Source: an uncultured Acidobacteriota bacterium (GTDB lineage Bacteria; Actinomycetota; Acidimicrobiia; Spongiisociales; ZC4RG35). Taken from it: a DNA stretch of 64,000 nucleotides. The stretch spans positions 96,001 through 160,000 of the forward strand of contig CAWHEU010000018.1 in NCBI GenBank assembly GCA_963828465.1, written 5' to 3'. Shown piece by piece: positions 29,574-39,343 of the stretch; the first letter of the stretch is position 1, and every line of letters starts with the position of its first letter. A program made the translations under genes and the position numbers. The notes below the pieces were generated by a model. It was not told the origin of the DNA. It saw only the letters and a list, made by a program, of their open reading frames with translations, and did not search any database.

Positions 29574-30610
29574 GAGCCGATCTCACCCAGCTGAGTTTCG
29601 ATAGGCGACGTCGGCTGCTCGTACATGCGCAGCAACATCTCCTCGGCGGTCGGCTGGGGCAGCGCCTCCGCCATCGCCACCGCCTCCTCGATCACGTCCG
29701 ATGCTCGGGTCTCGAGTTCTTCCTGCCATTCGGGGGTCCAGCCGCCGGCCCTCTCGAGGAGGAGACGCACCCGCTCGAGGGGATCCTTCTCACGCCACTC
29801 CACGGCCTCGTCCTCGTCGCGGTAGCGGCTCGGATCGTCGGAAGTTGTGTGAGGGCCGAGTCGGTAGGTCACCGCTTCGATGAGGGTCGGCCCCTCACCG
29901 TTTCGCGCCCTGGTGACCGCCCCACTCACGACCTCGAACACCGCGGCGACGTCGTTGCCGTCGACGAGGACGCCAGGCATGCCATATCCCTCCGCCTTCA
30001 TGGCGATCGACTCGGAACGGGTCTGCTCGGCTCGGGGGTAGGAGATGGCGAAGCCGTTGTTCTGGCAGAGGAAGACGGTCGGCGTGCTGAAGACGGCAGC
30101 GAAATTCATCGCCTCGTGGAAATCGCCTTCGGATGTGGCGCCGTCCCCGAACGAGGTCAGTGCAATGCGGTCAGAGCCCCTGAGCGCCTCGGCCCAGGCG
30201 AGCCCTACGGCATGGATCATGTGACCGCCGACGGTTATCGAAGGCGGAAGCACGTTGACCCCATCGGGGGCCTGCCCGCCCCGCTCGTCGCCGGTCCGTC
30301 CCGCCACGAGGAGGCTCCACGGATACCCGGCACGCCACATGAGTGCTGCATCCCGATAGGTGGCCGCTACCCAGTCGTCGGGTCGTAGAGCCGCTGCCGC
30401 CCCGATCTGGGCCGCTTCCTGGCCCTCGAAGGGGGCATAGGTGGCCAGCCGGCCCTGTCGCTGCATGGCCATGCATTTGTGGTCATAGGTGCGGGCCTCG
30501 ACCATGTCGGAATACAGCCGGCGCATCTCCTCGAGGGTGATGGGGAGACGATCGCCAACGGTCCCGTCCGGGCTGATCAGGGTGAGCATGCCGGCGGAGA
30601 GCTTATCCAC
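29570..30610 (-). CDS. pdhA: 2-oxoacid (pyruvate/branched-chain) dehydrogenase E1 alpha
   Basis: GQEAAQ, TPP motif GDGATSEG...NN, HTTSDDPSRYR. Confidence 0.93.
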   Translation of the reverse strand: MDKLSAGMLTLISPDGTVGDRLPITLEEMRRLYSDMVEARTYDHKCMAMQRQGRLATYAPFEGQEAAQIGAAAALRPDDWVAATYRDAALMWRAGYPWSLLVAGRTGDERGGQAPDGVNVLPPSITVGGHMIHAVGLAWAEALRGSDRIALTSFGDGATSEGDFHEAMNFAAVFSTPTVFLCQNNGFAISYPRAEQTRSESIAMKAEGYGMPGVLVDGNDVAAVFEVVSGAVTRARNGEGPTLIEAVTYRLGPHTTSDDPSRYRDEDEAVEWREKDPLERVRLLLERAGGWTPEWQEELETRASDVIEEAVAMAEALPQPTAEEMLLRMYEQPTSPIETQLGEIGS

Positions 30611-30637
30611 CGCCCGGTTTCACGAACCGGCGAGGGT

Positions 30638-32926
30638 CTAGACCCCGGCGCTCTCGGCGGCGAGGGCCTCTTCCATCTCCTCGACGGTCATGAGGACGTC
30701 TCGGGCCTTGCTGCCGTGCGACGGGCCAACGACACCACGGCTCTCCAGGATGTCCATCACACGTCCCGCTCGGGCGAACCCGATGCGCAGCTTGCGTTGC
30801 AGCATCGAAGTCGAGCCGAGCTCGCTCCGGACCACGAGATCCATCGCCTGGCGAACCAGGGCCTCTTCCTCATCGTCGACTTCTTCGGCCTTAGCCGCGG
30901 CGGCGGCAGTGGCTGCCACCAGGACTTCCTGGTCCTCGTATTTGGCCTCCTGCTGCTTGCGCACCCATTCGACGATCGCATGGACCTCGCTCTCCCGTAC
31001 CCAAGCGCCCTGGATCCGCTGTGGGCGTGGCTCCTTGGCCGTCACCACCAGCATGTCGCCCATCCCGATCAGCTTCTCCGCCCCTGATCCGTCGATGATC
31101 ACGCGGCTGTCGGTCTGGGACGCGACGCTGAAGGCGAGACGGCTCGGGATGTTGGCCTTGATGACACCGGTGATCACGTCGACCGACGGGCGCTGAGTTG
31201 CGACGACGAGGTGGATCCCGACCGCGCGTGCCATCTGGGCGATGCGGACGATCGACTCCTCGACCTCCCGCCCGGCCACCATCATCAGATCGTTCAACTC
31301 ATCGATCAGGATCACGATGTACGGGAAGCGATCAAACCCGCCGGGGTCGAGGCCACCGTTGTCCCACTTCAGGCGGTATCCCTCGATGTCGCGGACCTTG
31401 GCGTCGGCAAGCAGGTCGTAACGACGGTCCATCTCGGCCACCGCCCATTTCAAGGCGTCATTGGCCTTCTTCGGGTTGGTGATGACCCTGGTCAGCAGGT
31501 GGGGCACGCCGTTGTACTGGCCCAACTCGACACGCTTGGGGTCGACCATGATCACACGGACGTCATCCGGGTGGGTACGCATCAACAACGAGGTCACGAT
31601 CGAGTTGATGCATGAGGACTTCCCGGCACCGGTGGCCCCGGCGATGAGGACATGCGGCAGCTCGGACAGGTTGAGGAGCTTGGGGAGACCGGAGATGTCC
31701 ATGCCCAGCCCCACGGTCAAAGGGTGGGTGTCGACTGCGGCCTCGGCACTGGAGAGAATGTCACCCAGAGACACCAGCCGTCGCTTGGTGTTGGGAACCT
31801 CGACTCCGATGGCCGACTTGCCCGGTATCGGGACGAGTATCCGCACGTCCGGCGTGGCCAGGGCGTAGGCGATGTCATGGGAAAGGCTGGAGACGCGATT
31901 GACCTTGACGCCGGGGGCCAGCTCGATCTCGTACCTGGTGACCGTGGGCCCGGGGACGATCTTGGTGAGGTTGGCGTCGACACCGTGCTGGATCAGGGTC
32001 TCCTCCAGCTGGCGGGCGGTGTCCTCGAGAGCACGCTTATTGATCTCCCCACCGGTTCCCTCGTCGAGGAGGCTGAGCGGCGGCAGCTTGTAGCCGCTGT
32101 TCTTCGGTTCTCCTGACGGTGGTGGCACCGGGAGCGGTTTCGGCTTCGGAGTGACGGCCTCTTGGGGCTTCTCGGCCTTCGGACGAGAGGGCTTTGGCCA
32201 CGCGTGTCGCCCCCGAACGTCAGGTGCCGGTTTGGCGATCCGATCGGACACCTCAGCAGCACGCTCGGCACGAGCGCCGATCACGGCAGTGGACGCCATG
32301 GTCCGGGTCGACCGGTACAGGTCGGCGATGCCTGCGGCCAACTCACGAACACTGGTCTGGGTCATGATGAGCACGCCCATCCCCATCGCCGAGGCGAGCA
32401 CGACGAAGGCCCCCCACATTCCGAGGATCCTCCGCATAGGGAACGCAATCAAAGAACCGACTGCGCCACCGCGGTCCTCGACCAGTTCCAGGCTCGGCGC
32501 CAAGGCCACGGCCCCGGTCATGAGGTGGAACAGGGCGAGTGAGCCGATGAAGGTGACGATGCCACCGGCGACCAGGCGCTTGGCGCCGTCCCTCGGCTTG
32601 CCGACGATCATCGCCACTCCAATGCCGGCCAGTGCCACCGGGAGGGCGAATCGCCACACCCCGAACAGGAATCGGCTTCCGCCGGCCATTCCCTCGCCAA
32701 CCGGGCCGGCGAGATCGACAAAGGCAAGCAAGATCAGGATGGCGAGAACCACGAGGATCATGCCCCAGATGTCGTCGGTCTGACGCCCGAGGGTGTTGCG
32801 CACCGAGCCGCGGACCGCCTCCAGCTTCAGGCGGATCGCGCTCAGTGGCGCTGTCTTCTTTTTCTTCGCTGTGGACACCCGTCTCCGCCCGGAGGACCCC
32901 TTCCGGGTGGGTGTCCTGGTTCCCAT
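30638..32926 (-). CDS. ftsK: DNA translocase FtsK
   Basis: Four N-terminal TM helices, GATGAGKS, ATQRPSVDVITG, gamma domain LQRKLRIGFARAGR. Confidence 0.96.
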   Translation of the reverse strand: MGTRTPTRKGSSGRRRVSTAKKKKTAPLSAIRLKLEAVRGSVRNTLGRQTDDIWGMILVVLAILILLAFVDLAGPVGEGMAGGSRFLFGVWRFALPVALAGIGVAMIVGKPRDGAKRLVAGGIVTFIGSLALFHLMTGAVALAPSLELVEDRGGAVGSLIAFPMRRILGMWGAFVVLASAMGMGVLIMTQTSVRELAAGIADLYRSTRTMASTAVIGARAERAAEVSDRIAKPAPDVRGRHAWPKPSRPKAEKPQEAVTPKPKPLPVPPPSGEPKNSGYKLPPLSLLDEGTGGEINKRALEDTARQLEETLIQHGVDANLTKIVPGPTVTRYEIELAPGVKVNRVSSLSHDIAYALATPDVRILVPIPGKSAIGVEVPNTKRRLVSLGDILSSAEAAVDTHPLTVGLGMDISGLPKLLNLSELPHVLIAGATGAGKSSCINSIVTSLLMRTHPDDVRVIMVDPKRVELGQYNGVPHLLTRVITNPKKANDALKWAVAEMDRRYDLLADAKVRDIEGYRLKWDNGGLDPGGFDRFPYIVILIDELNDLMMVAGREVEESIVRIAQMARAVGIHLVVATQRPSVDVITGVIKANIPSRLAFSVASQTDSRVIIDGSGAEKLIGMGDMLVVTAKEPRPQRIQGAWVRESEVHAIVEWVRKQQEAKYEDQEVLVAATAAAAAKAEEVDDEEEALVRQAMDLVVRSELGSTSMLQRKLRIGFARAGRVMDILESRGVVGPSHGSKARDVLMTVEEMEEALAAESAGV

Positions 32927-33051
32927 GTGCTCTGAAACAATACATGGGAGTTGGATTTGGTCGTGGAATGCTCCTCTGAGGTCTAGGTCGAGCCGAACCT
33001 GAGGCGACTCGACCCGCATCCGGGCCGGGGAACCTGAGGTTCGCTGCCGGG

Positions 33052-34686
33052 CTAGAGCTCCATCACCACCGGGACGATCACTGGGCGGCGGGCGGTTTCG
33101 GCGCGTATGACCCGGCCGACGGCCTGACGGATCGTCTTCTGCAGCTCGCCGATGTCTGACCGGCCCGAGGCATGCTCCCCGATGGCCTCGGTCACGGCGT
33201 CCGCCGCTTTGGTCAGGACCGTGGCCGGGTCGTCCATCAGACCGTGGCTGTCCAGATCCGGCCCGTAGAGGACCGCTCCTGTGTCATGGTCGATGCCGAC
33301 TGTGACCACGACCACACCCTCGTCGGCGAGATGAGAGCGGTCTCGCAGGACGGCCGACTGGACATCTCCAACGGCAGAGCCGTCGAGATAGACGTATCCG
33401 GCCGGCACGGCTCTCCGCTGGACCTGGGTCTTCTTCCCGTTGAGGATCACGCGATCGCCGTCCTCCAGGACGTCGACGTGACGCACACCCATCTGTCGAG
33501 CCAGCTCGGCATGAGCGTGAAGATGCCGGTACTCCCCGTGGACCGGCACGAAGGCCTGGGGCCGTACCAGGTTGAGGAAGGTGAGCAACTCCTCCCGGTT
33601 GGCGTGGCCGGACACGTGGACATTGGCATTCGTCCCATGCACCACGCGCGCACCACGTCGTATCAGGTTGGAGATCACCTTCGAGACCGCCGTCTCGTTG
33701 CCCGGGATGGGCTTGGCCGAGATGAGAACGGTGTCGCCGTCACCGAGCTCGACGAACTTGTGCTGGCCCTGGGACATCAGAGACAGCGCTGCGAACGGCT
33801 CACCCTGACTGCCGGTCGTGATCAGGAGCTGTTGGTTCGCTGGCAGTTGCGCCAGGTCCTTGATGTCCATCACCGATTTCTGGGGGACATCCAGTTCCTT
33901 CAACTCGGCGGCGAGGCCGGTGTTGCGGTGCATCGAGCGACCGAAGAACGCGACCTTGCGGCCGTTGCGAATGCCGGCATCGGCGATTTGCTGGACCCGA
34001 TGTATGTGGGAGGCGAAGCAGGCGGCGATGACTCGTCCGCCGGAGTCCCGGATGACATCTGCGATCGGCTGGCCCACCGAGCTCTCCGAGGGCTCGAACC
34101 CCGGTCTCTCCGCATTGGTGGAGTCGGCGAGTAAGAGTCGCACTCCGCGTCGGCCCAAGTTGGCGAAAGCCGGAAGGTCGGTCGGCACCCCGTTGATCGG
34201 CGTCGGATCGAGTTTGAAGTCCCCTGAGTGGAGAACCACGCCTTCGGGAGTCTCCATGGCCACGGCGGTGGCGTCGGGGACCGAGTGACTGACCGGGATC
34301 AGCTGGAAGCGAAATGGCCCGTGATCGACCCACTTTTTGACCTGGACCTGCCGGAGGTCGGCCTCCACGCCGAGCTCATCGATCCGTCCTCGGGCCAGCT
34401 CGATTGTGAACTTGGTGCCGTAGACAGGCACATTTACGTCCCGGAGGAAGTAGGCGAGAGCGCCGGTGTGATCCTCGTGTCCATGGGTCAAGACGACACA
34501 TTCGACATCGTCCGATCGTTCGATGAGCCAGGACCAATCGGGGAACACCAGATCGACGCCGAGCATGTCCTCCTCGGGGAACATGAGGCCACAGTCGATG
34601 AGTGCGATCTTCCCGTCGACCTCGACAGCCGCACAGTTTCGGCCGATCTCCCCGAGACCGCCGAGAAATGTGACGGAGACGCTCAC
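33052..34686 (-). CDS. rnj: ribonuclease J
   Basis: LGGLGEIGRN, THGHEDH, GSQGEP, HVSGH, PVHGE. Confidence 0.96.
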   Translation of the reverse strand: MSVSVTFLGGLGEIGRNCAAVEVDGKIALIDCGLMFPEEDMLGVDLVFPDWSWLIERSDDVECVVLTHGHEDHTGALAYFLRDVNVPVYGTKFTIELARGRIDELGVEADLRQVQVKKWVDHGPFRFQLIPVSHSVPDATAVAMETPEGVVLHSGDFKLDPTPINGVPTDLPAFANLGRRGVRLLLADSTNAERPGFEPSESSVGQPIADVIRDSGGRVIAACFASHIHRVQQIADAGIRNGRKVAFFGRSMHRNTGLAAELKELDVPQKSVMDIKDLAQLPANQQLLITTGSQGEPFAALSLMSQGQHKFVELGDGDTVLISAKPIPGNETAVSKVISNLIRRGARVVHGTNANVHVSGHANREELLTFLNLVRPQAFVPVHGEYRHLHAHAELARQMGVRHVDVLEDGDRVILNGKKTQVQRRAVPAGYVYLDGSAVGDVQSAVLRDRSHLADEGVVVVTVGIDHDTGAVLYGPDLDSHGLMDDPATVLTKAADAVTEAIGEHASGRSDIGELQKTIRQAVGRVIRAETARRPVIVPVVMEL

Positions 34687-35576
34687 AAGCCCTGGAGGGC
34701 GCCGACCGCCTTCTCGACGGCGACCAGGGTCTCCTCGGACGCTCTCACCAGTGGAGGCCTGACATCACCGACCGGCTCCCAGAGCCGGTCCATGGCGCCC
34801 TTCACCGGTGACGGGTTGGTCTCGAGGAAACATGCTTCACACAGAGGCAGGAGCAGATGGTGGAGCCGGCGGGCCTCGGCGAGATCTCCGGCCAGCGCCG
34901 CCCGCACCATCGCGGCAACCGCTCTCCCCGCGAGATGTGAGACCACCGACACCACGCCCACAGCACCGATCGCCATCATGGGCCAGGTGTACGAGTCCTG
35001 GCCGCAATAGACGGTGAGGCCGGGCACCCGATTGATGGTGTGACCCGTGAACTCGATGTCCAGGGCGGCATCCTTCACGGCGACGATGCTCTCGTGTTCG
35101 GCGAGCCGGGCCAAGGTGTCGATTTCGATCCGCGTGCCGGTTCGGCCGGGGATGTTGTACAGCATGACTGGCAAACCGACATCGGCGATTGCGCTGAAAT
35201 GTCCTACCAAGCCGGCCTGATCGGGCTTGTTGTAATACGGGGTCACAGCCAGCACGCCGGCACAACCGAGTTCGGCCGCCCTGCCGGAGAGCTCCACCGA
35301 TTCCGCTGTGTTGTAGGTGCCGGTCCCGGCGATCACGTGGGTGTCCTTGCCGGCTACCGCGTCGACGACCGTCTTGTAGAGGGCCAGCTTCTCGACGCTG
35401 CTTAGGGTCGGGGACTCACCGGTAGTCCCGGTGACGACAAGGGCGTCGCTTCCGTTGTCGGACAGGAAGCGGGCAAGACGCCATGCCTTCTCGTGATCGA
35501 CGTCACCCGAGACAGTGAACGGGGTGATCATGGCCGTGGCCACATTGCCGAACGGCGCGGGCAGGAATGAGCTCAC
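34683..35576 (-). CDS. dapA: 4-hydroxy-tetrahydrodipicolinate synthase
   Basis: AMITPF, GTTGESPTL, TPYYNKP, YNIPGRTG, VAVKDA. Confidence 0.96.
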   Translation of the reverse strand: MSSFLPAPFGNVATAMITPFTVSGDVDHEKAWRLARFLSDNGSDALVVTGTTGESPTLSSVEKLALYKTVVDAVAGKDTHVIAGTGTYNTAESVELSGRAAELGCAGVLAVTPYYNKPDQAGLVGHFSAIADVGLPVMLYNIPGRTGTRIEIDTLARLAEHESIVAVKDAALDIEFTGHTINRVPGLTVYCGQDSYTWPMMAIGAVGVVSVVSHLAGRAVAAMVRAALAGDLAEARRLHHLLLPLCEACFLETNPSPVKGAMDRLWEPVGDVRPPLVRASEETLVAVEKAVGALQGL

Positions 35577-35614
35577 CGGACCCAGGTTACCGATCGATCC
35601 ACTAGAACACCCGC

Positions 35615-37102
35615 ATGGAGCTGCGTCTGCCCGCGCCCTGCCTGGTGGTGTTGATCGGCGCCTCCAGTTCGGGCAAGAGCAGCTGGGCGGCCACGACGTT
35701 TCGCGAGACAGAGATCGTCTCCTCGGATCGCCTTCGGGGGATGGTGGGCGCCGGTGAGGACGATCAGCAGGCCGGTACGGCTGCTTTCTCGATCCTGGAA
35801 CAGATCGTGGCAGAGCGAATGCGCCGGCGGCTGACGACGGTGGTCGACACGCTCGGCTTGGACCGGGACAATCGACGGAGATGGGCGGGTCTGGCCCACG
35901 AGGCTGGGCTCCCAGCCTTCGCCGTCGTGTTCGACACCCCGGCGCACCAAGCCCGGGCCCGCAACACGGAGCGCCCACGACCCATCCCGAAGTCGGTGCT
36001 CGACAAGCAGCTGAGCAGGTTTCGAGCCGTCCGGGCAGAGATCGACGACGATGGTTTCGACCGCGTCATCGTCGAACAGCCCGTGGCCCTGGTGGCCCCC
36101 TCGATCGCCGTCGCCAAAGACGAAGCAGCCGAGGACCGATCGGCCACGGCGGGACATCGTTTCGGGCTCGTGATCAACAGATTCGATTGGGACGAGGATC
36201 GATCCCAGATGGCGCCCCGCCTTGCCTCCATCGCCTCTCGGGCAGAAGCCGCCGGATTCGACGACCTGTGGGTGATGGACCACTTCCGCCAGATCCCCCA
36301 GGTCGGGCGCCAATGGGAGGACATTCCCGAGGCCTACACCGCGCTGGCATTCCTGGCCGGGGTCACCAGCAGGATCAGGTTGGGAACGCTCGTTACCGGG
36401 ATCGGGCACCGCCATCCTGTGGTCCTGGGGAAGACGGTGGCCACCTTGGATGTCCTCTCCGGGGGCCGGGTGAACCTTGGTCTGGGCATCGGATGGGATC
36501 GGGCGGAGCACGAAGGCTATGGGATCCCGTTCCCACGTGTTCCGGCTCGGTACGACCAGCTGGAAGACACCCTTCGCATGCTCCCACTCCTCTGGGGCAA
36601 GGGCTCTCCATCTTTCTCAGGCAACACGTTCTCCGCATCGGAATTGATCTGTTACCCCCGACCCATCCAGGACCCCATCCCGATCCTCATCGGAGGGTCC
36701 GGCGAGAAACGGACGCTGCGGCTGGTCGCCAGATATGCCGACGCCTGCAATCTCTTCGGCCGTCCCGATGTCATACGGCGCAAGGTCGGAATACTTCACC
36801 AGCATTGTGCGGAGGTCGAGCGGGACCCTGCGGAGGTCGAGGTCTCACACCTTGTGAATGTGATGACAGCGACAGACCGGGAGACCTTGCGAGAGCGAGT
36901 TGAGCTGCTGCGAGGGCGAAACATGTCAGCCGAGGCGTTCATGGCCCGGCACAACGCCGGCACCATCGAGGACCAACTCGATCACATGACCGGCTATCGC
37001 GCAGCTGGGGCGAGCCACTCGATGGTGGCAATTCCCGACGTGCATCTCGACGGCAGCATCGAGGCATTCGGCGAGGTGATCGAAGGCACGCACCACCCTT
37101 AG
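35615..37102 (+). CDS. fusion of a Pnkp-like P-loop kinase domain and an F420-dependent LLM oxidoreductase
   Basis: LVVLIGASSSGKS...SSD.LR...TVVD in the first ~150 aa; WVMDHFRQIP...LSGGRVNLGLG.GW...IGGSGEKRTLRLVARYAD after. Confidence 0.85.
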   Translation: MELRLPAPCLVVLIGASSSGKSSWAATTFRETEIVSSDRLRGMVGAGEDDQQAGTAAFSILEQIVAERMRRRLTTVVDTLGLDRDNRRRWAGLAHEAGLPAFAVVFDTPAHQARARNTERPRPIPKSVLDKQLSRFRAVRAEIDDDGFDRVIVEQPVALVAPSIAVAKDEAAEDRSATAGHRFGLVINRFDWDEDRSQMAPRLASIASRAEAAGFDDLWVMDHFRQIPQVGRQWEDIPEAYTALAFLAGVTSRIRLGTLVTGIGHRHPVVLGKTVATLDVLSGGRVNLGLGIGWDRAEHEGYGIPFPRVPARYDQLEDTLRMLPLLWGKGSPSFSGNTFSASELICYPRPIQDPIPILIGGSGEKRTLRLVARYADACNLFGRPDVIRRKVGILHQHCAEVERDPAEVEVSHLVNVMTATDRETLRERVELLRGRNMSAEAFMARHNAGTIEDQLDHMTGYRAAGASHSMVAIPDVHLDGSIEAFGEVIEGTHHP

Positions 37103-37111
37103 ACTGGCGCC

Positions 37112-37696
37112 ATGTCTGCTACCTCAACGATGCTCCCGCTCGGAACAAAGGCGCCCGACTTCACCCTGCGAGATGTCGTCTCGGAACGAGACGTCTCTCT
37201 TGGCGATTTCGACGGCTCGAAGGGCATGCTCGTCATGTTCATCTGCAATCACTGCCCCTATGTCCAGCACGTCCGCGACGAGCTGGCGCGCTTCGGGATG
37301 GACTACCAGGACTCCGATCTCGGGATCGTGGCGATATCCGCCAACGACGCCGACCAGTATCCGGACGACGGCCCCGATGCGATGAGGAAGGAAGCCGTTC
37401 GCTATGGCTACACCTTCCCCTACCTGTTCGATGCCGACCAGAGCGTGGCTGCCGCCTACACGGCCATGTGCACGCCCGACTTCTTCCTGTTCGATTCGAA
37501 TCGAGAGTTGGCATATCGAGGCCGTTTCGACGAATCGAGGCCAAACAGCGGGATCGCGGTCACCGGCGCCGACCTACGCGCAGCCGTCAACGCAGTCCTG
37601 TCCGGGCAGCCGGCAAGTTCCGAGCAATTGCCCTCGATGGGCTGCTCGATCAAGTGGAAGCCAGGCAACACCCCAGCCTATGTCGGGGCGGCTTGA
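37112..37696 (+). CDS. thioredoxin-like (AhpC/TSA) family protein
   Basis: APDFTL, FICNHCPYV, CTPDFF, SMGCSIKW. Confidence 0.9.
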   Translation: MSATSTMLPLGTKAPDFTLRDVVSERDVSLGDFDGSKGMLVMFICNHCPYVQHVRDELARFGMDYQDSDLGIVAISANDADQYPDDGPDAMRKEAVRYGYTFPYLFDADQSVAAAYTAMCTPDFFLFDSNRELAYRGRFDESRPNSGIAVTGADLRAAVNAVLSGQPASSEQLPSMGCSIKWKPGNTPAYVGAA

Positions 37697-37748
37697 CCGA
37701 AGCCTCATCCGCTCCACGTTCTACGTTTTCGACAGAAAGAGAGGCCGC

Positions 37749-38258
37749 GTGGCCAACCAATACCCGTCTCCCCCCGAGCTCACCATCGATCTGGACAAGG
37801 GCTACACAGCGACCCTCGACACCAATCACGGCGAGATCGTCATCGAGCTCGACCCCGCTCGCTCACCCCAGACCGTCAACAACTTCGTCTTCCTGGCCCG
37901 CGACGGGTATTACGACGGAGTCATCTTTCATCGAGTCATCAAGAACTTCATGATCCAGGGCGGCGACCCGACCGGCACCGGAACCGGTGGCCCCGGCTAC
38001 AAGTTCCGCGACGAGATCGAGGGCCCGGGCGGCTATTCGAGGGGGACGGTGGCCATGGCCAACGCCGGGCCCAACACCAACGGCTCCCAGTTCTTCATCT
38101 GCCACAGCGACGCCAGCCTGCCTCACTCCTACACCATCTTCGGGAAGGTGACGTCAGGGATGGAGGCCGTGGACTCGATCGCCACAACAACGACCGATCG
38201 CGGCGACAGGCCCGAATCAGAAGTGGTCATCAACAAGATGACTATCTCGGAGAGCTAG
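37749..38258 (+). CDS. cyclophilin-type peptidyl-prolyl isomerase
   Basis: FHRVIKNFMIQGGDPTGTGTGGPGY, MANAGPNTNGSQFFI. Confidence 0.96.
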   Translation: MANQYPSPPELTIDLDKGYTATLDTNHGEIVIELDPARSPQTVNNFVFLARDGYYDGVIFHRVIKNFMIQGGDPTGTGTGGPGYKFRDEIEGPGGYSRGTVAMANAGPNTNGSQFFICHSDASLPHSYTIFGKVTSGMEAVDSIATTTTDRGDRPESEVVINKMTISES

Positions 38259-38875
38259 CCGGTGCGGACGATCCGCGCCAACCATGCACGTGCCGGTTCC
38301 GGTGCCCAATGCTCCTTGACCTCGATGAGCGCCGGTTCGATCCGCTGAATCACCCAACCGTCGGCGAAGGAATCGAAGAGCTCCGTCTGAGTCACACGAC
38401 GCGGCCCCTCCTCGCCGGGTGTGTGCTCGGAGAAGCACAGGAGATGGAGCACACCGCCTGTCTCGATCGCCGAGGACAGACTCTGGACATAGCGAGGTCG
38501 CCCGTCATCGTCGAAGAGGTGAAACACGGCTGAGTCGATGATCGTCGCGAAGCGCCGATTCAGCCCATCCAGTTCGAGGGCATCACCCACGAGAAAGGTC
38601 ACACCCAGACCACGTTGCTCTGCCTTCGACCGTGCTCGGTCGATCGCGATGGTGGATATATCCATCCCGACGACTTCCAGCCCTCGGGCGGCAAACAACA
38701 GAGAGTGCTCGCCCGTCCCACAACCTATGTCGAGGACGGGAGGAATGATCTCGCCGGCAGCCTCGAGATCGATCCACGCCTGCTGGGGGTGACCTATGTC
38801 CCACGGAGCCCACTCGTCGACATAGGCCCGATCCCACTCCGCCCCGTGCGCCTCTGACCTCTCTTCGGGTACCAC
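38255..38875 (-). CDS. class I SAM-dependent methyltransferase
   Basis: PWDIG.PQ, VLDIGCGTG, IIDSAVFH. Confidence 0.9.
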   Translation of the reverse strand: MVPEERSEAHGAEWDRAYVDEWAPWDIGHPQQAWIDLEAAGEIIPPVLDIGCGTGEHSLLFAARGLEVVGMDISTIAIDRARSKAEQRGLGVTFLVGDALELDGLNRRFATIIDSAVFHLFDDDGRPRYVQSLSSAIETGGVLHLLCFSEHTPGEEGPRRVTQTELFDSFADGWVIQRIEPALIEVKEHWAPEPARAWLARIVRTG

Positions 38876-39082
38876 GGGCCGATCCTACGGCTACGGGTAA
38901 AGGTCAGGCTCCGCGTTTTCGTCACATGCGCGCGGGAATTCCACTACATTTCCGCCCGCTGCTTCGGCGGCGACTCGTTGGCTTCCCGTCCAGCATTGCG
39001 ACCGGATCGAGGGCAGGGTCGTACCGGACACATGGCGAAGGGCTGCCAAGAGGCCCTTCAATTAGAAAGGATGACGGGAGTC

Positions 39083-39343
39083 ATGAACATCTATGTGGGG
39101 AATCTTCCCTTCACCACAACCGCCGCCGATCTCGAGACCCTGTTTGGTGAGTACGGGGCAGTGGACAACGCTGCAATCATCAATGACCGTGAGACCGGCC
39201 GCTCCCGTGGCTTCGGATTCGTCGAGATGGCGAACGACGCCGGCGCCAAGGCGATCGAGGAGCTCGACGGGGCCGACTACAACGGCCGGAACCTCAAGGT
39301 CAACGAGGCGAGGCCACGCGAGGAGCGAGGTCCGCGTCGCTGA
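39083..39343 (+). CDS. RRM-domain RNA-binding protein
   Basis: RNP2 IYVGNL and RNP1 RGFGFVEM, LKVNEARPR. Confidence 0.95.
   Translation: MNIYVGNLPFTTTAADLETLFGEYGAVDNAAIINDRETGRSRGFGFVEMANDAGAKAIEELDGADYNGRNLKVNEARPREERGPRR

Noticed and set aside
33030-33042. GAAC-N5-GTTC as a LexA box for ftsK
   Set aside because: Spacer is 5 bp, whereas all clear boxes in this window have 4 bp.
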